Origin: a virus
Taxonomy: Duplodnaviria > Caudoviricetes
Length of the DNA: 34,178 nt
Virus record (IMG/VR): IMGVR_UViG_3300014201_000020
Coordinates: 1 to 34,178 of that record
Direction: 5' to 3' (one strand)
The notes beneath the pieces are model-generated. The model worked only from the letters and a program-made list of their open reading frames with translations. It was not told the origin of the DNA and did not search any database. Below, one piece after another: positions 15,897 through 24,393 of this stretch. Each line of letters starts with the position of its first letter. Positions within the stretch are counted from its first letter, which is position 1. A program made the position numbers and the translations under genes.

Positions 15897-16969
15897 GGGC
15901 CGTACGGGTCGTCCCCGTCGACCACGAAGTAGGTGGAGGACTGCTCAGGGTCCCCCTGCTGGGCGATCGCGATCGCCGCCTTGCGCAGCTCCTCAAGATC
16001 CGGTGTCCAGGCGCAGTCGAACATCGGCGCGCCGCGCTTTGCGAGCTCCAGGGTCAGGGGGTCATACCACTGCTGCGGATAGTCCGGCGCATCGCCCGGA
16101 TTTAAGAAGTCCTCGGTCGGGGCGAGGTAGGTCAGGTGCAGGTGCTTCGTGACATCCTGCGCACCTCCCACATCCAGGTACAGCCGGCCGCTCGGGTTCT
16201 GGCTCTTGAAGTGGCTCTCATAGAGCACCGCGGTCGGGTCTGCGATGTTGGTCGGGGCCGCCTTCGTCGGCAGCGCCTCGTACTCCTCCACGGTGGTGAA
16301 AATCCGAAGCGGGGTGTCGTTGAAGTAGATGTCCCGCAAGGTGGCGGTGATGAGCGCCAGCGGCCGCACGCCCTTCTTCGTGTAATTCCACACGTAGCTC
16401 GCCCCGTTGGCCTGGATACCGCCGGTGAGCCCAGGGGCGGGGATGGTGACCGTGCCCACCCCGATGTTGCTCACCGTGGTCCAGAAGATGCTCCCGCCAA
16501 TCAGGAACCCGATGTAATCGTTGATGTTCAGCTGGGAGGTGGAGGCGACCGGGATCACGGTGGTGCCGGCCGCGACGGTGCCGGAGACATTGGTCTGGCC
16601 GTACTTGTTCGGGTAGGAGAGGCCGGTGGTCGACTCCACCCAGTTGTCGGGGCTGCTCTGGCCCAACGAGTAGACGTACTGGCTGGGCGAGAGGAAGAGC
16701 TCCCCGCGCTTTCGGGTCCACACCTTCAAGCCCGGCGCGAAGTCGGTGTTGCCCATCCACTGCTTCGTGATCATGTTGAGGAGGCGCGCCATGTCGGTCG
16801 TTTCCTCGGCCGTGGGGACTTCCGCCTCCTGCAGCGCCCCCATGTCGAGCATCGCCTGGCGGATGATCTGGTCGCGCGTGACCGAGAAGTTGTAGTACGC
16901 ACCGGAGGTGGAGGGCTGGTTCAGCGGCAGCCCCCCTAGGATCGTCCCTCCGATGTTGAGCGCGGTCAT
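15893..16969 (-). CDS. Head-tail adaptor (P22 gp4/T7 gp11-like) with inserted beta-domain
   Basis: TRDQIIRQAMLDMGAL...LLNMITKQW N-terminal helices and PDYPQQWYDPLTLELAKR C-terminal helix; position before the nozzle. Confidence 0.82.
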   Translation of the reverse strand: MTALNIGGTILGGLPLNQPSTSGAYYNFSVTRDQIIRQAMLDMGALQEAEVPTAEETTDMARLLNMITKQWMGNTDFAPGLKVWTRKRGELFLSPSQYVYSLGQSSPDNWVESTTGLSYPNKYGQTNVSGTVAAGTTVIPVASTSQLNINDYIGFLIGGSIFWTTVSNIGVGTVTIPAPGLTGGIQANGASYVWNYTKKGVRPLALITATLRDIYFNDTPLRIFTTVEEYEALPTKAAPTNIADPTAVLYESHFKSQNPSGRLYLDVGGAQDVTKHLHLTYLAPTEDFLNPGDAPDYPQQWYDPLTLELAKRGAPMFDCAWTPDLEELRKAAIAIAQQGDPEQSSTYFVVDGDDPYGP

Positions 16970-18654
16970 GGGCGCTGGATCAGAGGCGCGATGACGGTGG
17001 GGATGCTCGACTGGATCGCCCGTCTGATAATCTCCCAGGCGGCCTCCCCGTCGATGTCAGCCTGGCACTGGGCGGTGCCGGCCTGCGGGTGACCCTCCTC
17101 CTTGAACTGCTTACAGAAGGTCCAGTCGTAATGCATCATGTGGCAGGCGGGCGCCTCGTTGTTGCCACGCCCCGGGCAGCTGGTCTTCAAGCTCGCGAGC
17201 GAGTAGGTGTTCACCCAGTCCCGGGTCAGGTTCTCGTGGGTGGAGTGCGACAGAAACACCACCTTCGGCACGTTCATGCAGCTGGCCGCGTTCATGACCC
17301 CGGTCTCAGGGCCGATCATCACGTCCACGTACTCGAGCAGCGCCATCGTCTGGCGGATCTCGTACGCCCCTGAGCGGCACTTCACCCGCGGCTCGTTCTC
17401 CCACCCGGCCTCCAGGATCGCCCCGTCAGCCCCCGACACCAGCACCACGTGGGCCAGCGGGAACTTCAGCAGGATCGAGGCGATGGTCTTGTCGAGGCCC
17501 CCCCAGGTCTTGTGCACCGAGGAGCCGGTCAGCGCCCACAGCACCAGCGGCGACCCGCCGAGCTTCACGCGCTCCTTCTTCGCCCACTCCCGCTCGGTCT
17601 CGGTCGGGTAGAAGCGCACCCGGGGCACGTGCGGGACGCCCGCGATCGCGTGCTGCATCTCAAGATAGTTGTGGTTCATGTAGCGGTGGCGGGCGAGCGG
17701 GGACCAGGTGTGGGGGGTCTTCCCCGGCACCGACAGCATCGTGCACTCCACTGACTCCGACAGGTTCACCCACTTGTCGTATTTCGCCGCCTGATACTTC
17801 CAGAAGTCCCCGAGCAGGTGGTTCGGCACTTGGTCCTTGTCCTGGTGGTAGAAGGCGTCGATATTCGGGTCGTTGCGGATGACATCATCCCCCGGGGGGC
17901 TCGTGTAGAGGGTCACGTGGTAGCCCTGCTCTTTCAGGCCCGCGCACACGCTGGAGAGCTGCAGCAGGTCGCCGAAGGCCCCGTAGCGCACCACCCCGCA
18001 GGTCTTCGGCGGCTTCACCTGCTTCTTCCAGGACTCGTGCTGCCCGCTGCCCACCTTCTTGAAAATGAAGAGCAGCGAGTACTCGTTGCCCTCGTTGCGC
18101 TTCTGGAACTTCACCAGGTCCCAGGCGCACCAGGTAGCGCGCATCAGGTCGACCACGACTTCGTAGCTGCAGTTGAAGCAGTGATCCGGGTTCGCCCCCT
18201 CCTCCCCGACCTTCGGGTACTCATCCTCGTCCGGGACGTAGATGATCAGGTTGCCGTCGCGCTTCAGGACCCGCATCCATTCTTTGAGCGCCTGCCCCGC
18301 AGTGTGCTTCTCGAGGAGCCGGCGCTCGGCCAGCGCCCGGGCCATCGGGTTGGTCCACTTGCGCGGGTCATCTTCGGCCAGCGGGAAGTGCTCGAGCAGG
18401 TGGCTTGCGAGCACGAAGTCCATGGAGCCTGAGGCGAACATCGGCAGGTCCGCGGCGGTGAGGCAGCGCACGTCCGGGGAGATCGGGTGGCCGAAGAGCA
18501 CCCCGTCCTTGCCTGAGTCGACGCCGATGAAGTGCGGGTAAAGCTTCTGCGGACCGCAGCCTAAGTCCAGGCCCCGGCCGCGCGTCCACTTCACGATCTC
18601 CCACTTGATCTTGCCGCTCTCGTTGCCCTGTGGGTCGTTGATGTTCCAGGTCAT
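16966..18654 (-). CDS. Fusion: class I SAM methyltransferase plus GT9 (heptosyltransferase-like, GT-B) glycosyltransferase
   Basis: N-half GLDLGCG, DFVLASHLLEH, LKEWMRVLKRDG..IIYVPD; C-half VVRYGAFGDLL, NDPNID, SVHKTW, DVMIGPETGVMNAASCMNVPKV and Cys-rich tail. Confidence 0.9.
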   Translation of the reverse strand: MTWNINDPQGNESGKIKWEIVKWTRGRGLDLGCGPQKLYPHFIGVDSGKDGVLFGHPISPDVRCLTAADLPMFASGSMDFVLASHLLEHFPLAEDDPRKWTNPMARALAERRLLEKHTAGQALKEWMRVLKRDGNLIIYVPDEDEYPKVGEEGANPDHCFNCSYEVVVDLMRATWCAWDLVKFQKRNEGNEYSLLFIFKKVGSGQHESWKKQVKPPKTCGVVRYGAFGDLLQLSSVCAGLKEQGYHVTLYTSPPGDDVIRNDPNIDAFYHQDKDQVPNHLLGDFWKYQAAKYDKWVNLSESVECTMLSVPGKTPHTWSPLARHRYMNHNYLEMQHAIAGVPHVPRVRFYPTETEREWAKKERVKLGGSPLVLWALTGSSVHKTWGGLDKTIASILLKFPLAHVVLVSGADGAILEAGWENEPRVKCRSGAYEIRQTMALLEYVDVMIGPETGVMNAASCMNVPKVVFLSHSTHENLTRDWVNTYSLASLKTSCPGRGNNEAPACHMMHYDWTFCKQFKEEGHPQAGTAQCQADIDGEAAWEIIRRAIQSSIPTVIAPLIQRP

Positions 18655-18670
18655 TGCGCTCCTCCCCTGA

Positions 18671-19201
18671 TCAAAACTGTATGTAGATTTTCTCGGCCTT
18701 CACCAGCGGCCGGCCCGTGGCCTCGCAGTACTCGCGTACCGCGGTCCCGGCGCTGTTGAGGCAGTCCGCATCATCACACCAGATGACCCCGCCTGGCACC
18801 ATGTAGGAGTGCAGGAACCACAGCGCATCGCGGTAGCTGCGGTACTGGTCGCAGTCCAGGTGCACGAAGGCGACCCGACCCATCTTCACCGCGCTTGCCG
18901 GGAACACCCCGGGGATGCACAGGCCGTAGGGGACGGCGGCCTGCACCTCACCGAGACTGGTGTCCTCGAAGTCCCCAACATGGTGCGAGTCGATCGCATC
19001 GTCTCGGTAGGGGATGCCGGTGAAGGTGTCGTAGAGGTAGAGCGCCCGGTGCTGCTGGGCGGCAACGGCGGCCAGGAACCAGGCGGTGCCGCCGTGGTAG
19101 ACCCCGACCTCGACGAAACAGCCCCGGGGCGTGCCCTGGGCGAGCTTGCACATCGCCCGGGCCACCTCAGGGTCAACCAGGGAGTGCGGGCGCTCCCCCA
19201 T
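18671..19201 (-). CDS. TylF/MycF/NovP-family sugar O-methyltransferase
   Basis: GCFVEVGVYHGGT, LYLYDTFTGIP, GDF.DTS, PGVFP.S, AFVHLDCDQY.S, PGGVIWCDD. Confidence 0.9.
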   Translation of the reverse strand: MGERPHSLVDPEVARAMCKLAQGTPRGCFVEVGVYHGGTAWFLAAVAAQQHRALYLYDTFTGIPYRDDAIDSHHVGDFEDTSLGEVQAAVPYGLCIPGVFPASAVKMGRVAFVHLDCDQYRSYRDALWFLHSYMVPGGVIWCDDADCLNSAGTAVREYCEATGRPLVKAEKIYIQF

Positions 19202-19212
19202 GGCGTGGCCTC

Positions 19213-19779
19213 CTAGTTCGCGCGGCGCGGATCGTCGCGGAAGTCCGCGAGCGGGTCGGCGGCCTGGGCGCCAGGACGCGGCTTCGTCACCCCGATCAGC
19301 TTCGGGTTGAAGTTTCGCGGGGAGCCGCGGTGCTCCTCGGTCAGGATGTAGCTGCGGTCGCGGGCGAACTGGTGCCCGTGCTGCACGTAGGCCACCACCG
19401 CATCCCCGACCACGAGCCCGTACGGCTCCTCCTCATCGAACACCGGGTCAGCTCCTCGTGTGCCTGCCTGCGGCATGACCTCGATCGGCGAGGACCGCGT
19501 AACGCCGGCCGCTCGCTGCGCGCGCATCAGTTGAGCGATCTGGTCCTTGAGGATCCGCATCTCCTCGGCAAACTCGGCCGCCCGATGCTCCGCGGCTGTG
19601 GCGCGCTCCTCGGCCTCCACGGCGCGCTCCTCGAGCTCGCCTACCGTCGGGCCCGGGGCGACCAGCGGCGGCGTAGCACGCTCCTGCGCGGCCTGGGCGG
19701 CGCGCTCGCGCTCGACGGCCTCGGCCTGCTCGCTGTTCACCGGCTCATCCGGCAGCTTCGTGTTCTTCGGTAGTGCCAT
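19213..19779 (-). CDS. Hypothetical virion-region protein (coiled coil plus small beta domain), 188 aa
   Basis: GGAGAGG RBS before ATG 19779; E/A/R coiled coil then FDEEEPYGLVVG...YVQHGHQF. Confidence 0.75.
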   Translation of the reverse strand: MALPKNTKLPDEPVNSEQAEAVERERAAQAAQERATPPLVAPGPTVGELEERAVEAEERATAAEHRAAEFAEEMRILKDQIAQLMRAQRAAGVTRSSPIEVMPQAGTRGADPVFDEEEPYGLVVGDAVVAYVQHGHQFARDRSYILTEEHRGSPRNFNPKLIGVTKPRPGAQAADPLADFRDDPRRAN

Positions 19780-19798
19780 GGTCCTCTCCCCTTGATTG

Positions 19799-20146
19799 TC
19801 AGTCCCACTGGGCATTGAAGATGCCCGGGGTTCCGCTGGTGACGATCACCAGGGCGCCGCGGTAGCGGACGTTCTCACCCACCAGACCCGCCGCGAACTG
19901 CTGCCCCGCAGCCGTCGCCGTGCCGTTCAGCAGCGTGTTGGTGCCGGCCGCCGCCCCGCCGGGGGTCGCCGGGATGATGTCGTAGGCGGTGAAGGCCCAG
20001 CTGGTGCCCTGCGCGACCGCCACCATGCCGCCGAAGACGCCCGGCTGCGAGGCGACGCCGGAGGCCTGTCCCGGGTTCAGCGTGGTGGTACCGGCCGTGT
20101 TGATGACCGTGTACTGCAGGTTCCCTGCGGAGAGGACCTGCGGCAT
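19799..20146 (-). CDS. Small beta-rich putative capsid decoration protein, 115 aa
   Basis: T/G/A-rich beta pattern (YTVINTAGTTT...AYD...LVIVTSG); TAATG coupling to the upstream gene. Confidence 0.65.
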   Translation of the reverse strand: MPQVLSAGNLQYTVINTAGTTTLNPGQASGVASQPGVFGGMVAVAQGTSWAFTAYDIIPATPGGAAAGTNTLLNGTATAAGQQFAAGLVGENVRYRGALVIVTSGTPGIFNAQWD

Positions 20147-20571
20147 TACATCCGGTCCAGGTAGTTGTTGCGCTCCACGAAGCCCTCGTCCCCGTCGACC
20201 GTCACGGTGTCGTAGAAGGCGTCGTTGTGCTCGCGGGTGTACATGTCATCGGTCGGCCGCAGGGCCTTCCTGTCAAAGCCGGTGCGCAGCGAGGTCGGGT
20301 TCACGTCATCGGTCGCCTGGGTGCCGTTGAAGGTCTCGGCCATCCGCTCGGCGCCGTAGTCGAGGAACTCCTGGTCCTGGATCTCTGAGCCCGGCGGGAG
20401 CGTGTTCAGCATGTCCCCGTGGTAGGGCTCAAACTTCCCCGACTGCTTGTCCCGGGTCTGCATGCCGTGGGCGGGCCGGGCACGCTTGTCCGAGATCCAG
20501 CCGTTCCCCTCAGTGCCTTCCGGCTTCTGCGGGGAGCGGACCTCGAACTTCTCCTGGACGATGCGCGACAC
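20146..20571 (-). CDS. Hydrophilic hypothetical protein, paralog of 20584-20967
   Basis: Contains NTLPPGSEIQDQEFLD; high GC3; in-operon. Confidence 0.75.
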   Translation of the reverse strand: MSRIVQEKFEVRSPQKPEGTEGNGWISDKRARPAHGMQTRDKQSGKFEPYHGDMLNTLPPGSEIQDQEFLDYGAERMAETFNGTQATDDVNPTSLRTGFDRKALRPTDDMYTREHNDAFYDTVTVDGDEGFVERNNYLDRM

Positions 20572-20583
20572 GGTAAGTGCGGC

Positions 20584-20967
20584 TTAGAAGCCGCTGTCAT
20601 CCGGGTACGACAGGCCACCCTTGTAGGTCTTCATCTCCATCCGCCGGGAGTCGATGTTCTCCTGGTCCTCGATGTCCATGCCGGGGGGGAGGGTGTTGTA
20701 GAAGGCCTGCGGGCCGTATTCCAGGCCCTTCTTGGTCAGGTACCCGGCATCATCGATCCCGTCCTTATCCAGGCTCGCACCGCCCGAGCGCGGCAGCACG
20801 TTCATGTCCGCGTACGGATCCCCGCCCTTCATGTCGTGGCGCTTGGCGCCGCGCGCGTTGGCGGACTTGATGATCGCCTTCGCATCCGGGGCCTTGCCGC
20901 CGAAGTTGCCCGTCGCCAGGCCATCCTTCGCGCTCTGGGGGGACTCGTACTTGCCTTCTGCCTTCAT
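20584..20967 (-). CDS. Hydrophilic hypothetical protein, paralog of 20146-20571
   Basis: AGGAG RBS; contains NTLPPGMDIEDQENID. Confidence 0.8.
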   Translation of the reverse strand: MKAEGKYESPQSAKDGLATGNFGGKAPDAKAIIKSANARGAKRHDMKGGDPYADMNVLPRSGGASLDKDGIDDAGYLTKKGLEYGPQAFYNTLPPGMDIEDQENIDSRRMEMKTYKGGLSYPDDSGF

Positions 20968-20976
20968 GAAAAGCTC

Positions 20977-21471
20977 CTAGATGGTCAGGCCGGCGCCGAC
21001 CTGTTCCTGGTAGTCGATGGTCACAGCCGCCACCGCGGTCGCATCCGTGCCGCTGGCAGCGTAGATCAGCGCGCCCTGCGGCACCAGCACCCCGCCCTGG
21101 CCTTGCGTCCCGGTCGTGGTGTTCAGCGCGTACTGGTTGTACACGTTCAGCTGGCCCACCGTGCCGTTGCCGCCGGCGTAGAAGGGCCCGATGGTGGTGG
21201 TCGAGAGGGCCGCTGCGGTGGTGGTGCTCGTGTTCTGCACAATGATCAGGTTCACCTGCATGCCGCTCACGGTGCCGGTGCCCACACCCGAGACGGTGTA
21301 GGTGCTCGTCGATAGCACCTGCTGCAGGAGGTTGATCGAGAAGAGCTGCAGGGCGGCGAAGGCGACGAACTTCGCCGTCACACCGCCCGAGCCCGCAGCG
21401 TTGCTGCCGAGGATCGCGGCCTGCCGAGTCACGTAGCTCGGGCTTTGGGCGTTCTGGACTCCGAGTGCCAT
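20977..21471 (-). CDS. Thr/Gly-rich putative capsid decoration protein, paralog of 21481-22122
   Basis: Shares AAGSGGV, TSTYTVSG, GPF..GG, YALNT and GTD motifs with the upstream gene; very few charged residues. Confidence 0.75.
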   Translation of the reverse strand: MALGVQNAQSPSYVTRQAAILGSNAAGSGGVTAKFVAFAALQLFSINLLQQVLSTSTYTVSGVGTGTVSGMQVNLIIVQNTSTTTAAALSTTTIGPFYAGGNGTVGQLNVYNQYALNTTTGTQGQGGVLVPQGALIYAASGTDATAVAAVTIDYQEQVGAGLTI

Positions 21472-21480
21472 GAGTGTCCC

Positions 21481-22122
21481 TTAGGCGACGATCGCGCCGT
21501 TGACCGGCTGGTAGCCCCACTGAATGATCGCGATCCAGGTGGCGGAGGTGTCCGTCCCGTTCACGAAGTTCAGCGAGTCACCCGGGTTCATCGGCAGGCC
21601 CCCGAGGCCCGCGTTGTTGCCGCCTGGCACGCCCTGCTGGGTCTGCCCGGCCGCCGCCGCGGTGGTCACGAAGGTGTTGGTACCCCACACCAGCGAGGTG
21701 TTGGTGCCACCCAGCGTGTTCAGCGCGTAGGGGCCCTGGAAGCCGCCGGCGATACCACCCTGCGTGCCGTTCACGAAGTAGTTGGTCGCGGTGCCGCTGT
21801 TGTTGGTGCCGCCCAGGGTGAAGGGGCCGACGGTGCTCGTGCCGGTCGACACCGCGGTGCCCGTGGTGTTCGTGTTGCTGAAGTACAGCGCCGAGATCTG
21901 GGTGGCGGGGTTGGTCGCGGTGCCCGAGACCGTGTAGGTGCTCGTGCCCGGGACCACGTCGATGAAGGTCACGCCGTAGACCTGGATCGCAGCGTGCGCA
22001 TAGAACTTGACCGAGGGCACGCCTCCGGAGCCCGCCGCGCTCACCAGGAACTGGTAGGCGTAGCGCGCCTGGACGGCTGCGTGGTCGTACGGAAGCGAGC
22101 GGACTGCGTTGTTCTGAGCCAC
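21481..22122 (-). CDS. Thr/Gly-rich putative capsid decoration protein
   Basis: AGGAG RBS plus GTG; directly downstream of the major capsid; all-beta T/G/N-rich composition. Confidence 0.75.
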   Translation of the reverse strand: MAQNNAVRSLPYDHAAVQARYAYQFLVSAAGSGGVPSVKFYAHAAIQVYGVTFIDVVPGTSTYTVSGTATNPATQISALYFSNTNTTGTAVSTGTSTVGPFTLGGTNNSGTATNYFVNGTQGGIAGGFQGPYALNTLGGTNTSLVWGTNTFVTTAAAAGQTQQGVPGGNNAGLGGLPMNPGDSLNFVNGTDTSATWIAIIQWGYQPVNGAIVA

Positions 22123-22166
22123 GGTCTTGAACTCCTGGTGCGGGCCCTCGCGGTTGGGTCAGTCAG

Positions 22167-22196
22167 CGCGCGGGGAGAGTAGCCCTGCCCCGCGCG
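22167..22196 (-). promoter_or_regulatory. GC-rich hairpin downstream of the major capsid gene (stability/attenuation element)
   Basis: CGCGCGGGG (22167-22175) pairs with CCCCGCGCG (22188-22196) in the largest intergenic gap; no U-tract on the minus strand. Confidence 0.5.
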
Positions 22197-22213
22197 GATT
22201 TGCGTTCAGCGCG

Positions 22214-23203
22214 TTAGGCGGCCGAGTCCCACTTCACGATGCGGGTGTTGATCGCCAGGGTGTGCACGATCCCGAAGCCGCCGACGTAGTACCAGCAGAT
22301 GCCCTTGGAGCGGCCGTAGTCGCTCGGCAGCTTGCCGCGCATCTCCTCCGGCACCGCGATCGCCTCGGCGACCGTGTCGTTGCCGAAGAAGAAGATCCAG
22401 TCGGACTGGCCGTTGGTCCACTGCACCATGTCGCCGGCGGAGGCTGCCGCGATGCCGGTGGAGCCGATGCCCTTGGCGATGTTGGTCTGCTCGATGTACC
22501 GCACGTTCTCGTAGCGGCCGATTTCACCGTTCATGATGAGATTGAAACCGGTGTCCGAGTACTGGTGGATGCCCTCGAGCGCGTTCTTGAAGGTCCGCAG
22601 CGTGGTCGGCCAGGCGAGCGCGTAGTAGTCGTCCGCGATGTAGGCGGGGATGTTCCGCTCCTTCATGGCATCCACGATCGCCTTGGCATGCGCGTTCGAG
22701 TAGGCGATGTTGTTGGTGCCGGTCACCGTCCCGTTGGTGTACAGGGTGATGGCGTTCGCGGAGGTGCCCGAGACGGGGATCACGCGGATCAGCGTCTGGT
22801 TGAACTGGCCCCAGGTTAAGCGGTCCAGCGACTTGACGGTGTCGTTCTTCAGGCCCTTCTTGATGATGTCCTCGACCGGGTACTTCGACAGGTTGTCCAG
22901 GAACCCGCTGTAGGGGATCGAGTTTCCCGCCTCGGTGATGGTCAGGGTGCCCTGCGTGATCGTCAGGTTGGTCTCTGGCATCGTGTTGGTCTCGATCAGC
23001 ACCTGGCCGACCTGAGCCACATCCGAGACCACGTCCCACGTGAACGTGTTGCCCTTGCGCTTGCCCTGTTGCGCCGCGTCGTGGACGTCGGCGAACTGGC
23101 GGAATTTGGTCAACGGCTGCACGTTCATGCGCAGGACGTTGGAGAGCTGCCGGCTGTAGAAGTAGCCGCCGAGAGTGCTGACGGCCCAGACTTGACCTGC
23201 CAC
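22214..23203 (-). CDS. Major capsid protein (HK97 fold, N4-gp56-like family)
   Basis: KFRQFAD, ETNTMPE...TLTITEAGNSIPYSG, GEIGRYENVRYIEQT, IFFFG.D.VAE, DYGRSKGICWY; 329 aa, downstream of the scaffold. Confidence 0.9.
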   Translation of the reverse strand: MAGQVWAVSTLGGYFYSRQLSNVLRMNVQPLTKFRQFADVHDAAQQGKRKGNTFTWDVVSDVAQVGQVLIETNTMPETNLTITQGTLTITEAGNSIPYSGFLDNLSKYPVEDIIKKGLKNDTVKSLDRLTWGQFNQTLIRVIPVSGTSANAITLYTNGTVTGTNNIAYSNAHAKAIVDAMKERNIPAYIADDYYALAWPTTLRTFKNALEGIHQYSDTGFNLIMNGEIGRYENVRYIEQTNIAKGIGSTGIAAASAGDMVQWTNGQSDWIFFFGNDTVAEAIAVPEEMRGKLPSDYGRSKGICWYYVGGFGIVHTLAINTRIVKWDSAA

Positions 23204-23247
23204 GTGAAGACCCCTGTGGGGCCTTCAGGTGTGCGGTTCAGGCCCCG

Positions 23248-24393
23248 TTATCGATTGCGACCACCCTGTCGGATCGCCCGGGCCTGACCTCGCGTCTTCG
23301 CGATGGCGTCAATGTCCGAACTCACCGAAGGCTCCTGACCGTCGTCCTCCCGGGTCCGCTGCCTTGCAACGCCCTCCGGGGGGGTAACGATCCTGCGCTT
23401 TCGATCGGCTTTGTCCTGCAACGGGTCCTTCCCCTTGGTGAGCATCGCGGCGAAGTCTCGCTTCATCTCCTCGCCGACCGCCTGGTACGCCCCTTTGATG
23501 GGGGTCTTCGGCTTCTCCCGGGCGAACTGTGCCAGTTTCATCCGGAAGATCGGGGCGAGGACTGCGTTGCCCAGGAAGTCCTGCTGCTCGGCCTCTGCGT
23601 CATCGATTGCGCGTTGTGTCGCGATCTGCTGGGCGACCTGTCGGCCGATGGCCTGGGTATCGATACCCTTGGGCCGGCTCGCCAGAATGTGTGCCAGCTT
23701 CCGAACCGCTTCGTCTTCACCCACTGATGCGGAGAGGATGATGGCCTCCAGGTCAGCTTCGCTGACCTCGGCGGGCTCATCCTTTGGGGACGGAGCCGCC
23801 TGCGAGGAGCGTTGTAGCGCGTCCTGGGCGCGCTGTAAAGTCTCCTCGGTGTTCACCACGACCGCGGCGTGCTCGCGCAGCTGCTTCAGCGTGAACCATT
23901 TCTCCTCGCCCTCAACGATGGTCAGGTAGTACTTGACCCCGTCGACCACCTTCTCATCGCCCGCCTCGTTCTGCGGCTCCTCGCGGCGCTGCTGCTGGCG
24001 GGCCCGGGCGCCTTCCTCGCCTCCCTCCTCCTGCAGCTCCCGCGCGCGCCGCTCATCCGCGGTCTCCTCCTCCTCGGCCTGGCGGGCCCGGTCCTCCTGC
24101 TCCTCGCGCGCCGCGCGGGCTTCATCGTCCTCCCGCTCGGCCGCCTTCTCGCGCGCCTCCGGGGAATCATCGAACTCCCCGTCCGAGAATCGCCCGGTCA
24201 CCTTCTGCCCGTCGGTGTCCTGCAGCTCATCGGCCCGCTTGCCATCCGCCGTGCGCCCCACCCGCTCGATCATCGCCAGGCGTGCGTTGTTGCCGCGCTG
24301 GTTGACCGCAGCCGGGCTCTCGCGCTCCCCGCCGCCGCTGCCGCCCTCCTCCTCCGGTGCCCGAAACGCCCGACCGAAAAGCCTAATTGCCAT
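23248..24393 (-). CDS. Capsid scaffolding protein
   Basis: Highly acidic/charged, IVEGEEKWFTLKQL motif (vdGeE..v.l.eL), basic C-terminus; between portal and capsid. Confidence 0.82.
   Translation of the reverse strand: MAIRLFGRAFRAPEEEGGSGGGERESPAAVNQRGNNARLAMIERVGRTADGKRADELQDTDGQKVTGRFSDGEFDDSPEAREKAAEREDDEARAAREEQEDRARQAEEEETADERRARELQEEGGEEGARARQQQRREEPQNEAGDEKVVDGVKYYLTIVEGEEKWFTLKQLREHAAVVVNTEETLQRAQDALQRSSQAAPSPKDEPAEVSEADLEAIILSASVGEDEAVRKLAHILASRPKGIDTQAIGRQVAQQIATQRAIDDAEAEQQDFLGNAVLAPIFRMKLAQFAREKPKTPIKGAYQAVGEEMKRDFAAMLTKGKDPLQDKADRKRRIVTPPEGVARQRTREDDGQEPSVSSDIDAIAKTRGQARAIRQGGRNR

Noticed and set aside
22123-22240. Programmed frameshift or readthrough extending the capsid into the downstream protein
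   Set aside because: No slippery sequence at the capsid end, a TAA stop, and the downstream gene has its own AGGAG-GTG.
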